A DNA stretch of 61,756 bases, counting the filler, from Basidiobolus ranarum (lineage: Eukaryota), in the NCBI GenBank assembly GCA_040143965.1. It is 13 parts of 13 records of this genome, joined end to end, with 100 filler letters (N's around TTAATTAATTAA, not from the genome) between each part and the next. Parts side by side here need not be neighbours in the genome. Positions count along the whole stretch, not along the records: positions 9,544 to 14,213 come from JASJQH010008747.1; positions 14,314 to 18,979 come from JASJQH010008748.1; positions 19,080 to 23,744 come from JASJQH010008749.1; 10 more parts are not named here. One strand, given 5' to 3'. Below, one piece after another: positions 11,960 through 23,744 of the stretch. The notes under the pieces were generated by a model that was not told where the DNA came from, did no database searches, and saw nothing but the letters and a program-made list of their open reading frames with translations. Positions within the stretch are counted from its first letter, which is position 1. The number at the start of each line of letters is the position of its first letter. The position numbers and the translations under genes were made by a program.

Positions 11960-13419
11960 GAGATACTGTTCTTTGAAATGGTGCAAAGAATTTGGTAAGT
12001 GGGACAGCAGAGCCTCAACTCACTGGCTCCATTACTTTTCCATGGGCTTACTAACTTCCTGCTCCTTGAGTACTTCATTTGCTGCTTTTCTTTCTTTTCC
12101 AAGTCAATAATTGCATACATTTATGAGATGTCTCATGAATAGGCCTATGCTAGCCCAATTGACATTTGCTTGCAAAACCCAGGATAAGCCACATGAAATA
12201 AGTTGAGAACCTTCAGAGTAATGCCTGGTTTTTGGTTTTTCTGCAATTGGCTCAAATTGAATTGATTTTAGGCTACATTCTACACAGTTTCCAAAATGAT
12301 AAACTACTAATTATCAGAGCAAGTGACAGCAGCGCTGACATTCATAGTCAGTTGGTTTGGCAGTTTTCCTATGATATTTCAATACTCAAGTACCCAAGCA
12401 ATTTTTGGTTGTTGTGTAGGCTTAATGGTCCAACACATATTCTGCTCTGCAAGATTGTAATGGTGACATTCATATGTATAGTGTGGGATTGATTGAAATC
12501 TCATATGAGAATTGATGGAGAGAGCATAATGTGCCATAGCACAAGTACAGCATTCTGAAGGTCTTGTATAAATGTTCAGTGACTTGCTAACTAATGCCTA
12601 GTTGCTTCTGAATGCTGTATCAATTGCAACATTGCAGCATTATTGCTTGTCATGGCCTGTATAGCAACATCATAGCTTTTGCATATGATTGCCTACAAAT
12701 CTTAATGGTGTCCTGCCAGCAACTCCCTTTTTTTTGGTGTAATACATCTATCCAAACTTTCTATGGAGGATTGTTCAATGGTTGGCAAAGTAGCCATTTT
12801 GGAAGTTCATGGTCTTGATGGTGTTTCTGTTCAACACCTGTAAACTATTCATTTACTACTTATTTGGGGATTACAATCTTTTAACTTGCACTTTTGCTGG
12901 AAAGTAAAACATCTGGTGTATTGATCAATACTTCATCATTTCCTGAGTTAGCTTCTAGCATGTTAATACCTTCCAGAGTGGACAAAGCCACCAGCTGAAC
13001 AAAACCAGGTGAATATCAACAGTAATACGTGCCCAAAATTGACTTTATTTTGGCTCACTGCGTCCACTGGCTGTTCTTTGCCTCAAAGTTTTGGTAACAC
13101 TGCCAAAAGTCTAGATACCATGGAGTTACCACCGTTACATGAGCAGAATGCTGCAGGTAGAAATGTAACTTTAGGAAGACCAGTAAGTCCAGACTACTTC
13201 GAGGACATGCTGCTAAATGTTGTCCTTGGTTATTCCAGTACTGATGGTAGTATATCAGAAGTTGAAGAAGGAAACAACAGTTTTGTTATAGACTCTTTGT
13301 TATTGGCCAGCATTAGTCCACTCATAATACTTATAGTAAAGGAGGCTGCTTTGGTAATTGAGGAGTGGAGAGTTCAATCCAATCTAGCACCATGTGTGTA
13401 TTGATTTTCTTACACTTTT

Positions 13420-14213
13420 ACCACAGTTAATTGGCAACTATCACTTACCACCAACCAGGTACAAGTGGAAAACATTTGTCACTTGTATGACCTAATATTC
13501 TTTGGTAATTAAACTGCCTTCATGTCCAAATGGTTGTATGGCTTTCACTAGTGATTTGAAAAACCTGTAGTCATGTAGTGTTTGCACACAATTGGCAATC
13601 ACTGAATCAGGTAACTAGTGTTCATATTTGGCCTACTTACTGTAGATTCCCTGTCTTAAAGTTATGATGAAATCACCCAAACATAGGTCATTGATCCAAT
13701 ACCAAAGAGCTCACCATAAAGCTGATGATATTACCAATATACTTGATGGATATCACTACCAGTGTTTGAAAAGTCAAGGTTTCTTTGAGAACACATATGA
13801 TCATGCATTTGCATTGGCTCTGGATGGGTTCTCACTAAACAAATATACTATTGGAAAGGCTTGCTGGCCAATACTTTATTTAACTTATATCTTCCTTCTT
13901 CCAATCTTTATATGAGTTACAATATTTGGATGCTATCCATCATGTCTAGACCTAAATCACCAGTGCTTATATATAACTTCTTGAGGCCTTTGATTGTTGA
14001 ATCTAAATGGTTATCTAATGGAGGTCAGATAGGTGAATAATTTATTAAAGCTAATATCATTGTGTGTATTGGTGACACTCTGGCCATCAGTAAACTGGGA
14101 GGTTATCATGGCCACAATGCACTATCTTGCTGTAGATAATGTCAAATCAATGGAGTCTATTGTAACAGGCATACCTATTACTACTATTCAAATACAACTC
14201 TAAAATCCATGAT
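13420..14213 (+). mobile_element. CACTA/EnSpm transposase (Transposase_21/Tnp2-like), decayed
   Basis: CPNGCMAFT..C.VC, ITNILDGYHY, ALALDGFS, CWPI, PKSP..FLRPLI.E, GDTLAISKLGGYHGHNA..CR.C; homologous to 57115-57700. Confidence 0.88.
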
Positions 14214-14330
14214 NNNNNNNNNNNNNNNNNNNNNNNNNNNNNNNNNNNNNNNNNNNNTTAATTAATTAANNNNNNNNNNNNNNNNNNNNNNNNNNNNNNN
14301 NNNNNNNNNNNNNCGGGGAACTTAGTATAG

Positions 14331-15400
14331 TAGTGGCCAATAGAAAAATCAATCTTGCAGCAAAGCAGTCCACGATAATTACTCCAACGCCCCTTCAAAC
14401 CAAATCCACCGGTGTGTTGGTTCCCAAAAAACGTGCGTCCCAAGCGGTGGAAGCCTCACTTCCTTCGCTAGAGAATCCCCTCAAAAAGGTTGCTGGCAAC
14501 CAAAGGTTAAATGTAGAGGCGGAGTCGGATTGCTCACCAATGGTTATTGATACACCAGATGCGGTGCAGGACTGGGATAACTTGGATGCCGAGGACGAGT
14601 TTGATCCATTAATGGTGTCTGAGTATGTGGTAGAAATCTTCGAGTACTTGAGAGAGCTTGAGCCTCAGTATCAACCAAATCCAGAGTATATAGATAATCA
14701 GAAAGGGCTCTCGTGGAAAATGCGGTCCATCTTGGTGGACTGGTTGATTGAAGTTCATCAGAAATTCCGCCTTTTGCCCGAAACACTTTTCTTTGCCATT
14801 AATATCATTGATCGGTTCCTGTCGCAGCGCGTTGTGTCTTTAGTCAAGCTTCAATTAGTTGGACTTACGGCCATGCTGATTGGAGCCAAGGTGGAAGAGA
14901 TCATGTGTCCTTCAATCGAGAACTTCATCTACATGGCTGATGGAGGGTATACTGAGGAAGAGGTTAAGAAGGCCGAGAGATACATTCTCCAGGTGTTAGG
15001 GTGGAACATGAGTTACCCTAATCCCCTCAACTTCTTGCGACGAGTCTCCAAGGCCGACTCTTACGATGTCCAAACCAGGACTATCGCCAAGTACTTGATG
15101 GAGGTCTCGTTGCTTGATCATCGTTTCCTACCATATCCACCATCTCAAATGGCAGCATCTGGGCTCTATCTAGCCCGTAGCATACTCAATCGTGGCTCGT
15201 GGGACGCCAACCTCATTCATTATTCCGGGTATTCCGAGGAGGAGCTCCTTCCAGTTGTAAATATTTTGATTGATTCTTTAGCCAAGCCTGTCAAGTATGA
15301 AGCTGTCTTCAAAAAGTATTCCATCAAAAAATTGATGAGAATCAGCATTTTCGTCAAGGAATGGGTGGACAAGCGTATGCCATCCACACAACTTGCATAA
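14331..15400 (+). CDS. G2/mitotic B-type cyclin (5' exons missing at contig start)
   Basis: DPLMVSEYVVEIFEYL, cyclin box MRSILVDWLIEVH..FRLLPETLF, KLQLVG..AKVEE, PNPLNFLRRVSKAD; acceptor tatag at 14326-14330; stop at 15398-15400. Confidence 0.96.
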
Positions 15401-15976
15401 CTTGGCCATCCACGTCAGTTACTCGTTCGTCCATGCCATGGATCACTAGACCACTTCATTTGTATATAGAGTAGTCACCGTCCTTCATCTTGAATAGAAT
15501 CTCTTTTTTTCTGCCCAAAAAGATCCCAATCCATCTGAAATAAATAATCTCGTTAATATCGCAGTACATAGTTATGCCTTGTCTCCTGCTGATCCTAAGG
15601 AAGCCACACTATAAGTCTATGCGAAAATCCGGGATGGCATGCTCGGTTGATCCTTAGATAGCAATTCTAACTCTTTTATACGCAGTGATCATATACCGTC
15701 GCTGTTTGATTGGCAGGCTCGTAGTGTGGGGAGATAACGAATCTTCCAAAAATTTCGAATAGGTCGGATGATCCAACTCAGTGTGACCGTTACCAATTAT
15801 TCCAAAAATTCCTGATTACTTCGTTTAATTGGAATTTCTTGGGAGGATCGATTCACCATTTAACTCTAAGAATTGACTCCCTAGGTTCGACATTTGGTTT
15901 CTGTTTGTCCTTTACATTGACATCGTGGTCTGCTAAAAATATCCCACCTGTTTCGATGGTTCTTCTTGCACAGATT

Positions 15977-17782
15977 ATGGAAGCTAATCAAGATATCGAA
16001 TTTGTTAGCCCTCCTTCACTGTCACTCCAATGTCCTATGTAGGCTTTAAGCGAATTTTTTAATATTTGAATTTTCTAATAATAACCCTTACTTCTTAAAG
16101 CTGTCACGACGTTTGTAAAGATCCTCTCATAACCTCAGTGTGCAACCATTCGTATTGCGCTGCATGTATTTATCAGTCGCTTGACCTAGAACCTTTTTGC
16201 CCCTTATGTAGAACTCGAATTCAACATGATAGTAGGCCTGCCTTCACAATTGAATGTGCATGAAATATTACGTTACTAATACTTTGTCTTGACAGTGCTT
16301 CATTCGAATCTTGCTTTGAATAGTGTTATAGGTGAGCTACCAGTATATTGCCCAAACAAAAAATATGGATGTCTCTCTGTTATACGCCATGACACGCACA
16401 AACATCACGTAGCGTACTGTCTCTATACCCCCGGGGTTTGTGAGCATAGTTCATTGGGATGCAATTTCAAAGGTATTTGATTGAAGTTTTAATTTTGGAT
16501 GGTTTTACTGTTTCGAATACTTACATACTTATTTATCCGTGGAACAATAGGACCAAGAAAAGATATTGAGAAACACATGAAGGAATGCGTTTTCGAAAAG
16601 TTCAAAGCTTTTATTGAAAAGAGCAATTCCCGCATTCAACAACTTGAGGAAAAAGTCACAGTAAGTGAAAGTTAATTGAGTTGAATTTTTGTTTCTAGCT
16701 GAACTGAGTTTTTTACTCCATTTATCAGGAACAAGGTGCAGAGCTAAAACGCTTGAATTGGGTTATTGAGCATTCACAACTCTCAACAAAAGAGATAGGC
16801 GAGGAATCTCCCCAATCCCCTCATGCACTCTTAGATGATTCTTTGAAAACTGACTTGGACTGGATTCATGGTGATATTGTTTGCCAACGAACCATCTCAC
16901 ACCATGCCTGTGGTGTTACCTCTTTGGCTTATAGCTCTGGTAAATTGTACGCTGGTGCCCATGATGGTTCAACAAAAATCTTTGAACCTGAGACAGGAGA
17001 CTTGATCGAAGACCTTCATGGCCACAGTATGTCAGTATGGGCACTTGCTGTTCATCAAGAAAGTAACCGATTCTTTAGCGCTGGATCTGACGGGACTATC
17101 AAGGCTTGGGAGTCTTTCGAAGACGGAAGTGAATGTATAGGCGTATTGAATAGTCATACTCATAAGGTCTATGGACTATTGGTTTCCAACAATCGGGTCT
17201 TTTCAGCATCTTCTGATAAAACGATTAAGGTTTGGAATCCGTTAACTTTAGAAAACGTAGCTACTTTCAGTGGCCACACGAATCATGTGAATGCTATAAT
17301 TGATCTATATGATGGTCGTATTGCTAGTGCTGGTAGTGACCATACAGTAAGAATCTGGGACGTTTCTAGCGGCCAGTGCTTGCAAACCATTAATATTGGA
17401 AACTCTGAGGTGTTGGACTGCTCCGCTGGTGATGGACTACTCTTTGCCTCTACCTACGATTCGTTGATTCACGTGTACGATCTCAATGACTTCAATGGCG
17501 TTAAAACACTCTCTGGTCATAACTGGGAAGTCTGGCAGCTCTCATACGCACGCAACGCCCTGTTTAGTGCCAGCTTTGATCATACAGTGAAAAGATGGGA
17601 CACTAGGAATTGGTCTTGTGATGCTACACTGAAAGGCCACAAAGCGTTTGTTCATGCCATGACTCTTGGTGACAATAATCTTATCACCGGATGTGCTGAT
17701 CGCACCATCAAGGTATTTAACTCTTACGGTATCTTTCCTAGATTTTGTACTAACATTTATGGTGGTTTAGATTTGGAAGTAA
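15977..17782 (+). CDS. TRAF7: TRAF7-like E3 ubiquitin ligase: RING + TRAF-type zinc finger + coiled coil + 7 WD40 (491 aa, 6 exons)
   Basis: Exons 15977-16038, 16101-16231, 16296-16472, 16551-16660, 16729-17712, 17771-17782; all GT-AG and in frame. C3HC4 RING CPIC..CNHSYCAAC..CPLC; CPNKKYGC..H..C and CEHSSLGC..H..C zinc fingers; seven GH..WD-type repeats ending IKIWK*. Confidence 0.85.
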
Positions 17783-19149
17783 GCCTGTAGTCTGCACTAT
17801 TAGCACAACACTTGCTTTCTGCTTAAAAGACCCATTAAACAGAACGTGTCTTACGGTGGGTCAGCAAATTTCTATATCTATCATCTCGTCAAAGCCATGA
17901 TATGTATAATTTCATCATTTCAATATTTATTTTCTGTGTACAAAAGAGTTTACTATCGCATTTAGAGCTTCTCTCGTTCCAGTTGAGATATCTTAGCGCA
18001 CCATTGTTGCAACCATATTTTCAAGCCACCCCAATTCAATCAGTAGCGGGATAATATTTGTATTCTTTGAATAATCATCATTTAATAAACACAAGCCATA
18101 TTCAGCACACAGTAGGTTAGAATGAGTGAGCCTTTCCTCCTCAGCTCTCCCTCTACTTTCCGCTTGATGAGTTGTGGATTCTATATGCTAGATTCGGCAC
18201 CTCTGGTCAGTTACAAAGAATAAAGAGACATCTTGAGCTAGGTACCACTGTTTATTCATCGTGTTAATTATAGCCATCATAAAATAAGAAAGTGTTGGGC
18301 TATCCTGTGGATTCCGTTAGAGTCGCACATCGTATCTCCGTCTTGTGACATAGCAAATCTATACAAATCAATTCTACAAACGACATAAAGCCTAGGAAAT
18401 ACCAACCGAATGGCTAGAGAATACGGGCGCTTCGGAAGAAACACTGGAGTTTGATGCAGCTCAATAACGGGCAAATTCAAATCTACACATTCCAACTTTG
18501 GCGATTAGGGTGCTGATAGTCATCCCACGAATCGATGGTCAATTCGTGTGGGACTTCTTTCCATATGGACCCAAGAAATTGAACCTCTTCCAGTGTGATA
18601 TTGCGCATGTTAGTGTCTATCAGCTCTACATTAGCCTAATATAGATATTAATATTGTTATTGTTAATAAGGTGGTGTAGGTGGTCTTGGCTTCTAATGGC
18701 AATGCTATCTCGGGTCTGGTTTGATTGACAGCAATTGTATAAATATACCAACTGACCATCGAATTATAGTCATCATCATCATCATCAACGTTGCAATCTT
18801 GGGCCTGGTTCTCGGAAATCCGCCCGCTACCTCTGCTTCTGCCTCGTCCTCGTCCTCTGCCTCTGCCGGTCCGGGGGCCGCGGGGCCGCGCCGCCCGCGC
18901 CGCGCGCCCCCGCCGGCGGGGGGCCGCGGCGGGGTCGGGGTGGGGGGCGGCGGGCGAGGGATGTGTGTGGGGTCGGTGGNNNNNNNNNNNNNNNNNNNNN
19001 NNNNNNNNNNNNNNNNNNNNNNNTTAATTAATTAANNNNNNNNNNNNNNNNNNNNNNNNNNNNNNNNNNNNNNNNNNNNGTAGAATGTTTGCAAAGCATA
19101 AGTCAATTTGGCTAATTTTCCATTGCCATCACACGTTGTCATTGAAAAT

Positions 19150-19480
19150 GATAAATTATGACAATAAGAGATAATTCACGATGACAAAGATAGTCCTTCA
19201 AGTGTTTCCCAAGCATTTTGGATGTTTTTGGCTGATTGTATGTGCCTCAATTGAGAATCTCTGAGATGTAGGCAAAGTGTACAGAGTGCTTTCCTCTGCT
19301 TCTTGTGAAAGGCAAGGATAACTTCTGTGGTCCCTTTGGCTCTATTTCCTCTCCTGTAACAAATCCCAAAAGGTCCTTGTCTTGTAGCACCATTTGCATC
19401 TTGAACTTTCAAAGGTGAAAGTCTTCACCATCAAACTTCTCTGTGAATGTGAAAACGTTGGTAATAGTACTGGTAGACAT
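19150..19480 (-). mobile_element. Copia gag 5' fragment
   Basis: MSTST..EKFDGEDFHL*KFKMQMVLQDKDL directly after the LTR and PBS. Confidence 0.85.
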
Positions 19481-19497
19481 TCCTTTAACAGCTAGCT

Positions 19498-19511
19498 TGG
19501 GGCTCATAACC
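19498..19511 (-). promoter_or_regulatory. Copia primer-binding site GGTTATGAGCCC (internal tRNA-iMet type)
   Basis: Immediately 3' of the LTR; complementary to the initiator-tRNA anticodon arm GGGCUCAUAACC. Confidence 0.8.
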
Positions 19512-19861
19512 TGATAAAAGTGTTTAGGGGATATGGAAGTGTTTTGGACCAGATTTGAATTTGTGAATTGGACACTTAAGTTTTATTGAATTGAATATGT
19601 CCTATTTGTAGTTTACTATGAAATAGGACTGTTGGATGTGCTTAGATCATAACAAACATGCCTGTTTGGCATTGGTCAAAATTTGAGGTGATTTGGAGAA
19701 GTTTTGAGAAAATAGTGAAAATTGGTAAAGTGATCTAATTGATATATCTATCAATTAGAGCAATAAATGCACGTTTTTGAATAACAGAATTGAGTGCTAA
19801 ATAGTCAGAATATGAATAAACTAGCTACTAAATAATAGTTGCTATTTACCTAATTTCAACA
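19512..19861 (-). repeat. Copia 5' LTR, family A (350 bp)
   Basis: TG..CA ends, followed by PBS and gag; homologous to 11610-11959. Confidence 0.9.
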
Positions 19862-19869
19862 GTCTGGAT

Positions 19870-20435
19870 ATTTTGGCTGAGTGTACATACCTCAATTGAG
19901 AGTCTTGGAGATGTAGACCAGATGTAGAGAGGGCTTTCCTCTGCTTGTTGTTAAAGGCAAGAATAGCTTCTGGTCATCCCTTTGGCTCAATTTCTTCTCC
20001 TGTAATAAATCTCTAAAGGCTATTGTCTTGTAGCACCTTTTCCATCTTAAAGTTCCAAAGATGAAAGTGTTCACCATCAAACTTCTCTGTAGTTGCAAAG
20101 AAATTGATAATAAAGCTGTTAAGTATTCCATTAACAGTTAGCATGGGGCTCAAAACTTGATGAAAGTGTTTACTGGATGTGGAAGTGTTTTGAACAAGAT
20201 TTTGATTTGCAATTTGGACAATGAAGTTTTATTGAATTGAATATATCCTAATTGTATTATACTATGAAATTGGACTATTGGATGTGCTTAGATCATAACA
20301 AACATGCTTGTCATTACAACCATGGCTTTATGCATAGGTGAAAATATGGAGTCATTTGAAGGAGTTTTGAGACAATAGTGAAAATTGGCAAAAGTAATCT
20401 ATTTGATATATCTATCAATCAGAGCAATCAACAGA
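19870..20435 (-). mobile_element. Second copia LTR-A (from 20158), degenerate PBS and gag start
   Basis: Diverged repeat of 19240-19770. Confidence 0.85.
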
Positions 20436-20559
20436 TTAATGAGTTGCTTTTTAACTAAACTGTACAGACAATTCCTACTGCCACAGCAGTGTCTGGAAGT
20501 GTACCAACTTTTGCATACATCAAAATACACATCTTTGATTGAGAAAGGAACTTTTGGCT

Positions 20560-23500
20560 TTGGTTTGAGTAATTATGGCCAAATGGGATGAAATTTTGAT
20601 TGATTTCACATAAGGATCCATTGGTATTGAAACAGGCTTGCTGTTCTCCATATTGAAGTGTTTTAGGATGTTTGGGATGTATTTTGACTGATTCAGCATG
20701 TTTTTGCAATTGGCTTGATCTCACTTAATGTGGATTTTAAGAAAACAATGTAACTCACAAGGCTGGGAACCACCTTTGGCAAGGAATCTCTCCTTATACT
20801 TGTCTATGATTCTATCAACTTGGTTTTTGACTTTGCAGACCCATTTGCCCCAATAGGCTTTCTCCCAGTTTGTGAAGAAATTAAAACCCTCATTTTATAG
20901 TCATGAAGTGATGGAAACTCATCAGTTATTGCTTTTTCCCAAAAGGTTGATTCTGGACACTTGAGAGCTTGATCTAAAGTCTGTGGCTTGTCACAGTGAA
21001 AAGCAACTATTGGCTGTGCTTGCATTATAACAAACATGCATGTTAAGCCTGTATGAATATTTGAGATGATTTGGGGAAGTTTTGAGAAAATGGTGAAGAT
21101 TGATAAAAGTTATCTAATTAAGTTTTCTATCAATTAGGGCAATAAACACATGTTCTTGAATGGCAGAATTGAGTGCTAAATAATCACAATATGTGTAAGC
21201 TAACGACTAAATTATGAGTTGTTATTCATCTAATTTCAACACCTTTGTGAAGTTAACAAATGATGCCAAGAATAAGTCTGAACCTCTTTAGACAAGACCT
21301 TTTGAAGTTTTTCAAGACTACCATTACATGACATAGCATTCTTGTCTGATTGGGTATATTGCTGTTGATTTGGATTCTAAGAAAATAAGTTAGTTCACCC
21401 ATATCAGTCATCTGATATTGGTTTGGTAAGCTTTTTTTTGTCTGAATAAATACTTCAGGATCATATGTAGCCATGATCAAGTGAGCCACATATGGTTCTA
21501 AGATATGAATCCTACTCCTGGTTGTTTAAGTGTCAATACTGCAATCTGCTGGGCATTTTGGAGTTCCTGTGATTCAAAATATATATGTATCTGTTTATTC
21601 CACACCATGGGTACTAACTTCAGGCCATATAGCAATTCTTGCAGCTTACACACCATATCATAGAGTTTTTGGTCAACAAATTCATCTCTTCTTCTAGATT
21701 GCAATTCAAAAAGGCTTCTTTACTTCCATTTAATATAAATCAAGGGCATAAATGGCTGAGGGTGCCGGGATTGAGCAAATTGAGCTAAACCAAGCTACTG
21801 GAGCAAAGGTTGCATTAAGATCAACACCTGGAGTCTGGGAATAACTTTTTGCAACTAATCTTGCTTTGTACCATTTCTATAGTTCCATTGGCTTGGCTTT
21901 TGACTATGTAGACCTCTTTGCAAACAATTAGCTTTCTCCCTGGTCATTATGGGCTTCAGATGTACTTCTTTTGTCCTGAAGTGAAGAAAACTCATCAAAG
22001 ATTGCTTTATCCAATAGCTGAGCTTCTGGACACTCCAGAACATAATCTAGAGTCTGTGTGACCAAATGTTCCCCCAGTTCCTTGGCTTAATTCTCCTTGT
22101 AGATGATCTTTGGGTTTCAGTCATCCTCTGTTGTAATTGGGGCTGGAATATTTGTTGATTTGGAGTCATGTACAGCTGGAAATTTGTTAGATACTTCCCA
22201 AATAGTGCCAATGGTGATTTTAGGAATAAGTACTATGATTTGAGGTGAAAAATTTAATTTTCATCACAAATTACATGTCTGCACTTAATTAACTTCTAAT
22301 TTTTTGTATTAAACAGTTATTAGGCCTTAGATCCATGACAGTAACCAAGAAATATGCATTTGTTGCTTTTAGGTTCCCATTTATAGCATTTTTGGGCTGG
22401 CATGAGGCAATGCCACCAAATATCCTGCAATGATCCACACTATGTGTTAATCCATATAGTGCTTCAAATGGAGTAAAACTTTGTATCAATCTTTTGGGCA
22501 TTGGTTTTGATGTAGGCTGCAGTGCAGACAGATTCAGCTCACCATTGGTGATCTCACTTTTAATCATGAAAGTTTGACTTGCTATCTCCACAATGGTCCT
22601 ATTAGCACATTCCTCAACTCCATTTTGCTTTGGGGTATAAGGTACAAAAGTTTGTCACTTATTTCCATGTTTAGAACAAAAACTAATAAAGTCTTTAGAA
22701 CAGTCTTGTCCACCATTTTAACTTCTTAGTACCTAAAATATTTGTGTAGATTCTTTCCCTACCATTGCTTTGTAGTGCTTGAACATAGCTATGGCTTCAG
22801 ATTTTTATTTCAGAAAGAATCCCCTAGTATATGTTGTTTGTCATCAATAATGGTCATAGGGTACCATTTCCCACCTAATAAGATGTTTTTCACAGGCCCA
22901 CACAAGCCAGAATGAATCAGGGCAAGGTTCTGAGTTGATGTGATCTCTCCAGAGCTTGAAAATGGCTGTCTGTGATGTTTTCTGTATATGCAACCTTCAC
23001 AGAGATCTAATTTAGTGATATTTTCATTTTCTAAGCCTGAATCAAACTGATTTTGGATCCTTTGGGACAGGTTTTATTGCCCAATGTTGCTTAATCTTCT
23101 ATTTCTTGTTTGACAGCTTTTTCACTGGTTTTGGTCACTTTTGCATGCTCAGAATGCATTTCTTGATTTCTAACTTGTAGAAGTTTTATATTTTGATCTC
23201 GGTATCTAATTTGGTACTATTCTGATCTGTGATAGTGCATCCAGCTAGGTTGAGCCTGAATTTAGTCCTTGAGTTGTTGCTTGGCCTGCTGAGAGTAAAT
23301 TTGTGGCTGTATCAAAGCATTTAGTACATAATCCAATTTTGCAGATGGCATACCTCAATTTCAGTCTCAATTGAGCGCAACTGTCCCCTTACCAACTGCA
23401 TCTAGTGCATAGGCATAATCTAAGGAAACTTTCCTTGTTTGAATGGTTTCCCACTGGAAAACCAATCTTTCTTCTTTGACATATGCTGGGAAGCTCCTGA

Positions 23501-23744
23501 GCAATGTGCCACATTTCTGAATCTTTGTTAGTGGTTACTGATTGGGCAGCTGAAAATAGATGATTGCTCTCAGTGTATACTTGATTTCTTGTTCTGATCT
23601 TGGCTTGTTGGCAAAAATCCTTTTTGGCAATCTTTGATTAAATGGTCTGGTTTCTTGTAATACTAGCAGATGATTGATTACCTATTAGGGGCACCATTAT
23701 TGAAGCATGTTGGATGTCTTATGGCTCCAAAAAATGCCTAATCT
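20560..23744 (-). mobile_element. Nested decayed copia pol (zinc knuckle/protease, integrase, RT), interrupted by a partial LTR-A at about 21028-21241
   Basis: Integrase CGPV..IIDD..KSEA..PYTPKQNGV.E.ANRTIVE; RT VCKLQELLYGLK, MTDMGELTYFL; PQTLDQALKCPE..WEKAI.DEF.SL. Confidence 0.9.

Noticed and set aside
18870-18979. Extremely GC-rich, G-run stretch (possible G-quadruplex or foreign DNA) and ORFs 18721-19035 and 18791-19027
   Set aside because: It sits at the contig end right after a low-complexity repeat; typical low-quality read-end artefact.
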